From a virus, in the IMG/VR virus record IMGVR_UViG_3300028284_000004, positions 3,304-67,303 of that record: a stretch of DNA of 64,000 bases, one strand, 5' to 3'. A program made the position numbers and the translations under genes. The notes below the pieces were generated by a model. It was not told the origin of the DNA, made no database searches, and saw only the letters and a list, made by a program, of their open reading frames with translations. Position 1 is the first letter of the stretch, and each line of letters begins with the position of its first letter. This document shows, in pieces, positions 28,220-36,324 of the stretch.

Positions 28220-28477
28220 ATGAGTGGAATTATTATCCCGTCAAGTGACAAAGATCGTCAAGCAATCAAAGGCGCTATGTCTGAAATTAGTAATGCATAT
28301 ACCCGAATGGAAGCTGAACGCGAATTTGTTCGTGAGGCTCTTAAAGAGCTTGAAGATAAAGTTGGTATTAAGGCTAAGTATCTTCGTAAAATGTCACGAA
28401 TTTATCATAAGCAAAACCTAGTTGAATTGACTGCTGAGATGGAAGATCTCGAAGGTCTTTACGAAGCGATTAAATAG
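28220..28477 (+). CDS. dsbA: double-stranded DNA-binding protein (T4 DsbA-like)
   Basis: I..A..EISN...R.EAE..K...K..RIYHKQN, about 85 aa. Confidence 0.75.
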   Translation: MSGIIIPSSDKDRQAIKGAMSEISNAYTRMEAEREFVREALKELEDKVGIKAKYLRKMSRIYHKQNLVELTAEMEDLEGLYEAIK

Positions 28478-28485
28478 TATAAATA
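28478..28485 (+). promoter_or_regulatory. T4-type late promoter
   Basis: Intergenic TATAAATA. Confidence 0.7.
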
Positions 28486-28507
28486 ACTATTATTAAGAGG
28501 AAATAGA

Positions 28508-28777
28508 ATGGCAATTGATATAGACGAGTTTGACTTTGGTTTTACAGCAGTTGATGAAACAGAGCTAGAAGCTGTACAACAATCCGCTGAGTCCGTTAAT
28601 AGTGCACAGTCAGCAGCGCTAGACAACGAAGAAAAGTTGAATAAGCTATATAATGCCATTCAACCTTTGTTATCTAACCTCAAGAAAAATCCTGAAAAGG
28701 AATATATTCTTTGGCCTAATCGTACTGAAAAGATCGAGCAGTTCGAAGATCTCATTCGGAAAATCATTTCCGACTAG
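28508..28777 (+). CDS. conserved T4-like phage hypothetical protein
   Basis: FDFGFTAVDE..PLL.NLKKNPEKEYI.WPNR. Confidence 0.75.
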   Translation: MAIDIDEFDFGFTAVDETELEAVQQSAESVNSAQSAALDNEEKLNKLYNAIQPLLSNLKKNPEKEYILWPNRTEKIEQFEDLIRKIISD

Positions 28778-28829
28778 TATAATAATAAGAGTGTAGTTCA
28801 TACACCGTATCTCAATAATAAAAAACTTT

Positions 28830-28866
28830 AAGGGCTTCTATGTATTATATAGGAGCCCTTTTTTTT
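28830..28866 (+). terminator. rho-independent terminator
   Basis: AAGGGCTTCTATGTA/TATAGGAGCCCTT stem followed by a T-run. Confidence 0.85.
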
Positions 28867-28884
28867 ATATAGAGTTTTTATTTG

Positions 28885-28892
28885 TATAAATA
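28885..28892 (+). promoter_or_regulatory. T4-type late promoter
   Basis: TATAAATA between the terminator and the lysozyme gene. Confidence 0.75.
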
Positions 28893-28927
28893 AAAACAGT
28901 AATACATTATTTTAAAGGATAAAACAA

Positions 28928-29371
28928 ATGAATCGTGAATCTATCTATGAACAATTGAAAATTGATGAAGGCGTAGTCTATGAAATCTATGAAGATCACC
29001 TTGGATACGCAACGTTCGGTGTTGGCCACCTTGTATTGGAAAGTGACCCTGAGTTTGGTCAAGATGTTGGTACCCCAATCTCCGAAGATCGAGTCAGAGA
29101 GTGCTTTGAAAAAGACCTTGACACAGCAATCTCAGAATGTGTTGTACTATACAGTGACGCATGGGAAGATTTCCCTGGTGAAGTCAAAGAAGTACTCGTC
29201 AACATGCTCTTCAACCTTGGACGTCCACGTTTAACAAAGTTCAAGAATTTTAATAAAAATATTTTAGAAGGAAATTGGGCTGGTGCTGCTCCCGAAGGTA
29301 GAGACAGTATTTGGTATCGTCAAGTAGGTAATAGGGCTGAAAGACTTATGGAGAGATTAGAAAATCTCTAA
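28928..29371 (+). CDS. e: T4-type lysozyme (GH24 endolysin)
   Basis: DEG..Y.D.LGY.T.GVGH catalytic E/D/T, NM.FNLG, W..QV.NRA.RL. Confidence 0.9.
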   Translation: MNRESIYEQLKIDEGVVYEIYEDHLGYATFGVGHLVLESDPEFGQDVGTPISEDRVRECFEKDLDTAISECVVLYSDAWEDFPGEVKEVLVNMLFNLGRPRLTKFKNFNKNILEGNWAGAAPEGRDSIWYRQVGNRAERLMERLENL

Positions 29372-29391
29372 TTTATGAAATGAGGAATATT

Positions 29392-29967
29392 ATGTGTATA
29401 TCATATAACAAAGTTGGATTGGTACTGCTATGGATTGTGATGTTAAGTGCATCAACAGCATTTGCACAAGAAGAAGCTTCTGATGTAATTACTACAGATT
29501 CTACTACACGAAGTACAGTAGATAGTAGAAGCAATTCGACTACTACTTTAAAGTCGCCCCCGGCTTCAGCAATTACACCAACGATTAATACGTCTAACTC
29601 AGACCTATGTACGTTTGGTGTAGCTGGTGCGATTCAAACGCAGATCCTAGGTATCTCAACGGGTACCCAGGTAACAGATGATAACTGTGAGAGACTTAAG
29701 CTTTCAAAAACCCTATATGATATGGGTATGAAAGTAGCTGCAGTATCAACTATGTGTCAGGACCCAAGAGTCTTTAATGCAATGATGATGGCCGGAACAC
29801 CATGTCCATATGATGGAATGATTGGTGCAGAGGCTAAAGCTGCTTGGGAAGTAAATGCTGAACAAAAACCAAATGCTGAAAAAGAAAAAGAAGGATTAGA
29901 AGATGGTACGAAGACCCTCTTGGGTGGTGCTGGCGTTGCTAGCCTGCTCCTCCTACTCCTACTCTGA
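29392..29967 (+). CDS. exported protein A: signal peptide, Cys-flanked beta-hairpin, C-terminal membrane anchor
   Basis: AFA cleavage site; C-TFGVAGAIQTQILGISTGTQVTDDN-C; second Cys pair; GVASLLLLLL tail. Confidence 0.75.
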   Translation: MCISYNKVGLVLLWIVMLSASTAFAQEEASDVITTDSTTRSTVDSRSNSTTTLKSPPASAITPTINTSNSDLCTFGVAGAIQTQILGISTGTQVTDDNCERLKLSKTLYDMGMKVAAVSTMCQDPRVFNAMMMAGTPCPYDGMIGAEAKAAWEVNAEQKPNAEKEKEGLEDGTKTLLGGAGVASLLLLLLL

Positions 29968-30778
29968 CGAAACAGTATTTGGTACTACTGGTAATGCTGC
30001 CAGTGATGGCTACAATTGGGTAATGACCAATATATTACCTCAACAAGCCGGATTAGCAGTAAACGGTGTAATCTATCAATACACAACTGTTAAGAATACT
30101 GAAGATGATATGGTGGTCAGTGTGCAGAATGAAAACGCACGTGGTAGTGGTTATATCTTTAGAGAAGTAGATGATTGGTCTGGTATACCTGGAAATACGA
30201 TTAATAAGGTTATACCGGTAAACAATATTGATATATCATATTGGGGCAGAGGTTCTATCGATTGGACAGGAACCGGAAATGTTGAAGATGCTAAGGTTAT
30301 TTACACGTATCAGTATGATCCGTGTTTTGACCCACAAACAGATCCAACGTGCCCAGGATACATTGATCAATTTGTTGTAGACTTACAGTCAGAACAAGTT
30401 GAGATAGTGGATCCATTAGATGATGATGTTATACAGGATGAACTTGATCGTAAAGGTGTTGATACCGAAGATGATGATCAGGAAGAACGTGATAATAAAA
30501 AAATGAAGTCCGAGAAAAAGATTGAAGAACGATTAGAAAAGATTTTAGGCATTGTTAATACTACACTGCTAGCAGCTGATGCTGTGGCAAAACATGAAGA
30601 GTTAATTTCAATTGCTGCAATACCTACATCTTATTATTCTACTATTCCTGGAGGAGTAATTGATGATGCCCCTAAATTGGCTGATTCAAATCTTCCGGAA
30701 AATAAAAATGCGTTAAGAGTTGGTTTAGCCCAACAAGTGAAGCATGAAAAATTGGTAGATCTACAGTATGAAAAATAA
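29903..30778 (+). CDS. exported protein B: beta-rich domain, CxxxxxxxxC motif, acidic stalk
   Basis: Signal peptide; YDPCFDPQTDPTCPGY; D/E-rich region. Confidence 0.75.
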   Translation: MVRRPSWVVLALLACSSYSYSDETVFGTTGNAASDGYNWVMTNILPQQAGLAVNGVIYQYTTVKNTEDDMVVSVQNENARGSGYIFREVDDWSGIPGNTINKVIPVNNIDISYWGRGSIDWTGTGNVEDAKVIYTYQYDPCFDPQTDPTCPGYIDQFVVDLQSEQVEIVDPLDDDVIQDELDRKGVDTEDDDQEERDNKKMKSEKKIEERLEKILGIVNTTLLAADAVAKHEELISIAAIPTSYYSTIPGGVIDDAPKLADSNLPENKNALRVGLAQQVKHEKLVDLQYEK

Positions 30779-30799
30779 CTTATAATAGGAGAACATAAA

Positions 30800-31318
30800 A
30801 TGTTCATCAAGAATAAAATTAAATTGTTCACTGCACTTACTGTAGCTTTTGCCGGCATTAATGCTATAGCTTCAGCCGAAGAAGTTCCGATTTCCGGAAC
30901 GGTATCTTCTAAGTGTGTAGTGACAACTGATACCGTTGGTGTGTTTGGTAACCCTGCACCTAGCGTATTAAGTACTGCTCAAGTCGATGGTGGTGTACAA
31001 CCAAGCATTCGATACGATGTAATTCAAGCTAACTTCTATAAAGCTAGGATAATCGCTCCAAATAATTTCTCTGAAAGCCCTTCGCTTAATGATGTAATTA
31101 ATTGGACCGGCAATGTTAGTGTTGGTGAAGTATCTGATGCAGCTATGTCAGCATATGATACTAACAAGATCCAATATGATAACGTAACTGAAGTTGATTT
31201 GACTGTTGCTGGTAGTACATGGTTTACTGTTGACTCAACTGCTACTTATGGATATGATAAAGCTCTACCTGCTGGTTCATACCGTGCAGTTGTTGGTGCA
31301 GAGTGTATTGCTAACTAA
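30800..31318 (+). CDS. exported protein C, pilin/fimbrial subunit-like
   Basis: AGGAG RBS; ASA signal site; VPISGTVSSKC N-terminus; PAGSYRAVV C-terminal strand; terminal Cys pair. Confidence 0.6.
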   Translation: MFIKNKIKLFTALTVAFAGINAIASAEEVPISGTVSSKCVVTTDTVGVFGNPAPSVLSTAQVDGGVQPSIRYDVIQANFYKARIIAPNNFSESPSLNDVINWTGNVSVGEVSDAAMSAYDTNKIQYDNVTEVDLTVAGSTWFTVDSTATYGYDKALPAGSYRAVVGAECIAN

Positions 31319-31692
31319 TGTTACGCTTTATTATGGTATTAACAATGTTTCTGAGTGGGCCAGCAATGGCCCACCAGTTTACTCCGACGTATCCTAAATT
31401 AGATAGGTCATATGTTCCGGGTGTAATGAAAACGGTGATGGAATTATTTAATCTTCGAAGCGATGTTGAATACTATGAAATAGCAGTATTTGATAAAGAT
31501 TGGAATAAAGTTCCCTTTGCCACACCAGCAAAGATCATTAATGTAAAACATCTTAAAACCAAAAGGTTTGATGTGTTTATTCGAGATAAAGATATCTCAA
31601 GGGCTCTGTATGTGTGTACAAAGTCTAAACTGATTGTGAACGGATCAGCAATAACTTCAGTATCTTCGAGGATCTGTTCAAAATTTAAATGA
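31318..31692 (+). CDS. exported protein D, Ig-fold / PapD chaperone-like single domain
   Basis: AMA signal site; FTP..MELFN....YYEIAVFD.DW beta pattern; C-terminal Cys pair. Confidence 0.5.
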   Translation: MLRFIMVLTMFLSGPAMAHQFTPTYPKLDRSYVPGVMKTVMELFNLRSDVEYYEIAVFDKDWNKVPFATPAKIINVKHLKTKRFDVFIRDKDISRALYVCTKSKLIVNGSAITSVSSRICSKFK

Positions 31693-31700
31693 GTAATATA

Positions 31701-32144
31701 ATGAGAATTAAGTTAACTATATTTATGTTGATGATGACGGTAGGTAAAGTATATGCCGATTCGAGTTCTTTGAATCTTAATATACCTAGCTCGCCACAGA
31801 GTTATCAATCAGATCGTATTAGAGCCGATAACGTAGAATGTTCTATGGCTATTGGTTCATCTACAAACGTCGAATTTGGTGTTGTAGGTATTATAAATCA
31901 GAATGATCCCTTTAATAATATGAACGGGAATTCAATGGATTCATCGTTATATAATAATAATAATGATCTGGTAAAAGATGTTGGTGTATATGCAAAGATT
32001 ACTATTCCAATCGGTGCACCAAAAGAAAGACTTAATTGTAATACATTGTACCAACTAGAGCTCGAGAAGAAGCGTCTAGAAGTAATGAAACTAAAACAAG
32101 AAATACAAAATCTACGAACCTTAAAGTTCGAGAATGACGGATAA
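31701..32144 (+). CDS. exported protein E: amphipathic beta-hairpin plus coiled coil
   Basis: VYA signal site; NVEFGVVG..DVGVYAKITIPIG between two Cys; C-terminal heptads. Confidence 0.7.
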   Translation: MRIKLTIFMLMMTVGKVYADSSSLNLNIPSSPQSYQSDRIRADNVECSMAIGSSTNVEFGVVGIINQNDPFNNMNGNSMDSSLYNNNNDLVKDVGVYAKITIPIGAPKERLNCNTLYQLELEKKRLEVMKLKQEIQNLRTLKFENDG

Positions 32145-32153
32145 GGAATTAAC

Positions 32154-32648
32154 ATGGCAGAGTTTGAATTTGCGGGGATGAAGTTTAAAGGCGGTAAGAT
32201 GATGATCGTCTTGACAGCACTTTCCACGTTGGGCGGAGCTACATGGGCCGGTTTTGAGTTCTATAATGACTATAGGAACATGAAAGAGGTCGTAGAGAAT
32301 ATCGATGTAGGAGCTATTGAGGCTCGTAATGAAGTTATTGAAACCAAACTTAATAATGCAATTGAATATACTCGAGACATTAAGTCCGGACTACGTGACG
32401 ACATTATGGGTATCGAGAAGCAGGCAGATCGCGTAGAAGACATGGTTCGTGAATCAGAAGAAAAAGTACGAGATATGATAGATAAAGCCAATGGGCGATT
32501 TGATACAAAAAGAGATATGTTACAATCTGACTATGATGCCAAAGCCGCTGCCCTACGCAACAACTCAGATGCTAAGATCAAAGATCTAGAAGATCGATTG
32601 AACGCTAAACTCCAAAGAGCCTTGGATAATCCTCTATCGGATCAGTAA
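32154..32648 (+). CDS. protein F: N-terminal membrane anchor with long coiled coil
   Basis: AAGGA RBS; TM IVLTALSTLGGATWAGF; about 120 aa of heptads ending LDNPL. Confidence 0.75.
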   Translation: MAEFEFAGMKFKGGKMMIVLTALSTLGGATWAGFEFYNDYRNMKEVVENIDVGAIEARNEVIETKLNNAIEYTRDIKSGLRDDIMGIEKQADRVEDMVRESEEKVRDMIDKANGRFDTKRDMLQSDYDAKAAALRNNSDAKIKDLEDRLNAKLQRALDNPLSDQ

Positions 32649-32666
32649 AATAAATGAAAATAACTG

Positions 32667-32695
32667 TGTACAAAAGCTAATTTATATGTTATAAT
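32667..32695 (+). promoter_or_regulatory. early/sigma70-type promoter
   Basis: TGTACA-17-TATAAT with extended TG. Confidence 0.85.
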
Positions 32696-32728
32696 ATAAG
32701 AGTTAAGCCGGAGGGGCAGAGGTATACC

Positions 32729-33142
32729 ATGTTATTCTTTATCAAAGGTCACACCAAGAATCGATCAGTGGTCGATCAATATATCATTAACCTAATGAAG
32801 CACTATCGGATGCATACTCGTAAGAGTGGTAAGATAACCGTCAGATTCACAAAGAATATGGGAGATGGATGTGAACAGTATCTAGCCTCATGTATTGGTG
32901 ATAAACGTAATGCATATATACTTATAAACAAAAATCAATCCTTCATGTCTCAGATGAGAGCCTTAGCTCATGAGATGGTTCATGCTAAGCAATTCCTCAG
33001 GGGAGAGTTAGATGAATCAGGTATAGTCTGGAAGGGTATCGATTGTGGCCACATGAAATATGGTACCGAACCATACGAAGTAGAGGCATATGGCTATGAA
33101 GATGACCTATTTATGGCTACTTTCCCCTTCCACCTCATATAA
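32729..33142 (+). CDS. zincin-like metalloprotease
   Basis: AHEMVH (HExxH) and PYEVEAY third-ligand motif. Confidence 0.75.
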   Translation: MLFFIKGHTKNRSVVDQYIINLMKHYRMHTRKSGKITVRFTKNMGDGCEQYLASCIGDKRNAYILINKNQSFMSQMRALAHEMVHAKQFLRGELDESGIVWKGIDCGHMKYGTEPYEVEAYGYEDDLFMATFPFHLI

Positions 33143-33149
33143 AACCCCC

Positions 33150-33203
33150 CTTATAACCAAAAAGTGTGACATTTATGTCACATATTCCATAAAAGTATAA
33201 AAA
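33150..33203. repeat. 54-bp direct repeat, copy 1, with internal palindrome
   Basis: Matches 34142-34195 at 53 of 54 nt; TGTGACAT-TT-ATGTCACA at 33165-33182. Confidence 0.95.
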
Positions 33204-33228
33204 AAGTGCAAATAACCGCATTTTTTAG

Positions 33229-33257
33229 TGTACATACCTTTCTAACTGTCGTATAAT
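33229..33257 (+). promoter_or_regulatory. early/sigma70-type promoter
   Basis: TGTACA-17-TATAAT. Confidence 0.8.
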
Positions 33258-33288
33258 GGTTACATAAATTGTTGAGAGGATATACATT

Positions 33289-33837
33289 ATGGATCGAATC
33301 ACTATGAAGAAGAAAGAAGCCCTCGGGTTCTTTGATACTAAACCATCTTATGAAGATTGGAGTCGTATCGGTTCTTTCTCTAAGCTTCAAGTTTGGATCG
33401 ATGATTCTCAAGATGAATCAATATGGGTCGAAGTGGTTGATACTAGTGTGGTCCACGGTAGAAGCCCTCAGCGTGTCAAGCGAGTCCTCGAGATTCAGTT
33501 GACTAAGACTGAGTTCAAAGCTTACCATGTTGATATCACTCGTTTAGACCACAAGTATGCTGGTCGTGGTATTGCTGCTAAAGCTTACCGTTATCTGATC
33601 AAGAAGCTCGGTATCACTCTTCAAGCTGGTTCTTGTCAATCAGCTGGTGGTCGTAAAGTATGGTTCGATCTCGCACAACGTCGTGATCTGAATGTCTATG
33701 CTAAGACTAAATACGGCAAGCCACAAGTTGTTGGTATTGACTGTGAGGAGCGTGAAGTGTGGCTCCCGAAGAAAGAAATCTATGATGGAAACAAAGAAGT
33801 TTATGTCTTTGCTTCTGTGTATAATCCTGGTGAATAA
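33289..33837 (+). CDS. GNAT-like acetyltransferase
   Basis: YAGRGIA..AY (motif A-like), QS.GG.KVW. Confidence 0.6.
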   Translation: MDRITMKKKEALGFFDTKPSYEDWSRIGSFSKLQVWIDDSQDESIWVEVVDTSVVHGRSPQRVKRVLEIQLTKTEFKAYHVDITRLDHKYAGRGIAAKAYRYLIKKLGITLQAGSCQSAGGRKVWFDLAQRRDLNVYAKTKYGKPQVVGIDCEEREVWLPKKEIYDGNKEVYVFASVYNPGE

Positions 33838-33857
33838 TCACTATTCGCCAAATAAAT

Positions 33858-33885
33858 TGTACTTTGTCTAGAAACTTGGTATAAT
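33858..33885 (+). promoter_or_regulatory. early promoter variant
   Basis: TGTACT-16-TATAAT with extended TG. Confidence 0.7.
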
Positions 33886-33914
33886 GGTATCATAAACTGT
33901 TGAGAGGAAACATT

Positions 33915-34148
33915 ATGAAATTTCAAATCGGACAAACCATCAAATCTTATGACTTCCCTAGCCATGACGATTGTTACATGACTGGAGAGATCGTTTCAAT
34001 CGAGTGTGGAATTATCGAGGCTAAGATCGTTGAGTGGATATCTCTGGGTGAGAACATCGAGTTTCAACCAGACGAAACTTTCACGACTCCGGTCGAGATG
34101 ATGTTTGAAGACCTGTATCGTGACCATCCACGAATTGAAGTCTTATAA
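33915..34148 (+). CDS. hypothetical protein
   Basis: GAGGA RBS; MKFQIGQTIKSYDF..DCYM.G. Confidence 0.7.
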   Translation: MKFQIGQTIKSYDFPSHDDCYMTGEIVSIECGIIEAKIVEWISLGENIEFQPDETFTTPVEMMFEDLYRDHPRIEVL

Positions 34149-34195
34149 CCAAAAAGTGTGACATTTATGTCACATATTCCAAAAAAGTATAAAAA
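34142..34195. repeat. 54-bp direct repeat, copy 2, with internal palindrome
   Basis: Matches 33150-33203; palindrome at 34157-34174. Confidence 0.95.
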
Positions 34196-34210
34196 TAGCG
34201 AAAATAGTTA

Positions 34211-34239
34211 TGTACATACTTTAAGAACCTTGGTATAAT
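34211..34239 (+). promoter_or_regulatory. early/sigma70-type promoter
   Basis: TGTACA-17-TATAAT with extended TG. Confidence 0.85.
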
Positions 34240-34269
34240 ACCTATATAAATTGATGAGGAAGCTATATT

Positions 34270-34542
34270 ATGAAAAAATCTATTATGAACGCGATCAACT
34301 CAATCTCTTCTACCGAAGAAATGAATGAAGTAATTACTCTGATCAAAGCAAAGCAAAAGCAGATTAGAGCAATTAAAATTGCTGAGACTAAGGGCACTTT
34401 AAAAGTTGGTCAACGCGTCAAAGTGAATGGACGTAGAGGTGTTCAGTTCGGAAGCATTAACGTGATTAATCGGACTAAAGCAATCGTCAATATCGATGGA
34501 ACACAGTGGACTTGCCCAATCGCAATCTTGGAGGTAGCATAA
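34270..34542 (+). CDS. hypothetical protein (SH3/KOW-like C-terminus)
   Basis: GAGGA RBS; LKVGQRVKV..G.I..INRTKA.V. Confidence 0.7.
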   Translation: MKKSIMNAINSISSTEEMNEVITLIKAKQKQIRAIKIAETKGTLKVGQRVKVNGRRGVQFGSINVINRTKAIVNIDGTQWTCPIAILEVA

Positions 34543-34748
34543 TGTTAGTATTTAAAAAATCTATTTTAAGTGGTGAGGTTAGCAACATGGTGCTTGACGT
34601 CACTCAAGAGCAGCTCGATCAATATGCTGCTGGTAACGGTCTAATTCAAGAGGTATTTCCTAACCTCAACCACGATGAACGTGAGTTCCTCATGACTGGT
34701 ATCACTCCTAGTGAGTGGGAAACAACTTTCTCTGAGGATGATGAATAA
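34542..34748 (+). CDS. conserved phage hypothetical protein
   Basis: GGAGG RBS; LIQEVFPNL..DEREFLMTGITP.EW. Confidence 0.75.
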   Translation: MLVFKKSILSGEVSNMVLDVTQEQLDQYAAGNGLIQEVFPNLNHDEREFLMTGITPSEWETTFSEDDE

Positions 34749-34903
34749 TGATTAGATTACTTATTGGTATATTTTTAATGATGGGTTCTGTTGGTGCTAT
34801 CGAGCAAGATACTATGAGCTTCGGAGCCGCACTCTTTATTGCTATCCTTGGCGGTCTTATCGCTGGATCTGCCTTACCTAAATTAAACGAGCAATACAAA
34901 TGA
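34748..34903 (+). CDS. small two-TM membrane protein (51 aa, not in ORF track)
   Basis: MIRLLIGIFLMMGSVGAIE..AALFIAILGGLIAG; coupled on both sides. Confidence 0.7.
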   Translation: MIRLLIGIFLMMGSVGAIEQDTMSFGAALFIAILGGLIAGSALPKLNEQYK

Positions 34904-35115
34904 AACTAGCATATTGTGACTACCTTGCCCATACTGTTATTCGTCCAGCATTACTTGCTGATCGCGATCATCACCACGAACACCGTATAGTGCAGGAAGT
35001 TAGCTTTGTCAAGATGGACTTAGCTGAAGAGGGATACATGGTATCCACGACTAAATACATTAATGTCACAGACGTTAATGGTAAAATGTATAAAGTAACA
35101 ATTGAGGAATTATAG
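34900..35115 (+). CDS. hypothetical protein
   Basis: ATGA-coupled 71 aa ORF. Confidence 0.7.
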   Translation: MKLAYCDYLAHTVIRPALLADRDHHHEHRIVQEVSFVKMDLAEEGYMVSTTKYINVTDVNGKMYKVTIEEL

Positions 35116-35116
35116 A

Positions 35117-35398
35117 ATGGCATTAACTGAAAAACAAATGGCAGACCGTCTTGCAATGATCAAGAAAGCCGCAAAGAAAGTGGCAAAAGGTACTAATGTA
35201 CAAGCAAAGAGCGTAAAGAAAGAACATAGTCGATTGACTAAGGCAGTAAAGAAAGCTGGTCACCAATCTCCAAGCTCTTTGGATGCTTTCTCTGAGAAGA
35301 ATATGTACTATTCAGAACGCGAGTTGAGTACATATCTTCGTGGTACTTCTTATATTGATACATATAATTCAATGAAGAGTTCAGACGAATGGAACTAA
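35117..35398 (+). CDS. hypothetical basic protein
   Basis: GAGGA RBS; MALTEKQMADRL. Confidence 0.7.
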   Translation: MALTEKQMADRLAMIKKAAKKVAKGTNVQAKSVKKEHSRLTKAVKKAGHQSPSSLDAFSEKNMYYSERELSTYLRGTSYIDTYNSMKSSDEWN

Positions 35399-35556
35399 GT
35401 GAAAAAGAGGTACTCGGTGCCCGGAAATACTATGCCCTGATCAGAGCAGCTGCTAATGCTCAAAATCCTGAGTTTAAAGCACTCTGGAAAAATAAGTTAA
35501 GGGATCTAATTAAACAAGATAAAGAAGAGGTTGCTTCATATGTTAAGCATAGATAA
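35389..35556 (+). CDS. small hypothetical protein (55 aa, not in ORF track)
   Basis: MELSEKE..AQNPEFKALW..KL; fills the gap. Confidence 0.6.
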   Translation: MELSEKEVLGARKYYALIRAAANAQNPEFKALWKNKLRDLIKQDKEEVASYVKHR

Positions 35557-35713
35557 ATTGTCACAAGAATATAACGAGGCATGGTTAGATTATTGTAAAC
35601 AGATGTATGAGAAAAATCGTCAAGAGCGGTTACTGTGGAAAGAAGCAGCAATATCATATGACGAGTACGTAAGCAATAATTGCCAATTCTTAAAAGAAAC
35701 ATTTAATAATTGA
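35540..35713 (+). CDS. small hypothetical protein
   Basis: GAGG RBS; C.QMYEKNR.ER..YDEYV..N..FLK. Confidence 0.6.
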   Translation: MLSIDKLSQEYNEAWLDYCKQMYEKNRQERLLWKEAAISYDEYVSNNCQFLKETFNN

Positions 35714-35722
35714 AAATAGTTG

Positions 35723-35751
35723 TGTACATTCATGCCAAACTGTGGTATAAT
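35723..35751 (+). promoter_or_regulatory. early/sigma70-type promoter
   Basis: TGTACA-17-TATAAT with extended TG. Confidence 0.85.
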
Positions 35752-35778
35752 GTATGTATTATATTCGAGGAGGACTAG

Positions 35779-36093
35779 ATGGCTACAGTTAATTATTCAG
35801 GATCACTGCGATACGATATGCATGGTCGGAAGCGTAAGCAATCACGAACTTCGATACGAAAAGTAAAGAGTGTTGAAGTGTCAGGTATTCATAATATTCC
35901 TGATTACGATACACATCGTTCTGTATCTCATAGGGAAAAATATCCATCTCTCCCAATGACTGCAGGATATAAAGCTGCACCAGATACTTCTTATAAGAAA
36001 GAAATATCATCCCAATACACAGTTGCTATTGCCTATAATAAGGGTGCATATCAGGTAGTATCAAATAGCGACATCAAACACATCGGTAAATGA
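35779..36093 (+). CDS. conserved T4-like hypothetical protein
   Basis: GAGGAGG RBS; YTVA.AYNKGAYQV. Confidence 0.75.
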   Translation: MATVNYSGSLRYDMHGRKRKQSRTSIRKVKSVEVSGIHNIPDYDTHRSVSHREKYPSLPMTAGYKAAPDTSYKKEISSQYTVAIAYNKGAYQVVSNSDIKHIGK

Positions 36094-36115
36094 TTAGACA
36101 AAGGATAAATTTACA

Positions 36116-36313
36116 ATGGCAACCTATTATACGGTTATGCAATCTCAATTCACCAAAGGTAAAGTTACTACCGAGGTCGTACGCGAAATCAGACCAGGAA
36201 CCAATTTCGGTGTCCGTGGCTGGTTCGAAAATTCGTATCTCGGTGTTGACTGGTTTAAATCAGAAAAAGAGGCACGACAAGAAGCCCGCAGGCTTGTTAA
36301 CCTCAATAAGTAA
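36116..36313 (+). CDS. hypothetical protein
   Basis: AAGGA RBS; 65 aa. Confidence 0.6.
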   Translation: MATYYTVMQSQFTKGKVTTEVVREIRPGTNFGVRGWFENSYLGVDWFKSEKEARQEARRLVNLNK

Positions 36314-36324
36314 GGAGTATATCT

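Noticed and set aside
33165-33182. Canonical CRP site or MatP matS site
   Set aside because: Spacer is 8 nt between TGTGA and TCACA (CRP uses 6) and 6 nt between GTGAC and GTCAC (matS uses 3); kept only as an unassigned operator-like palindrome
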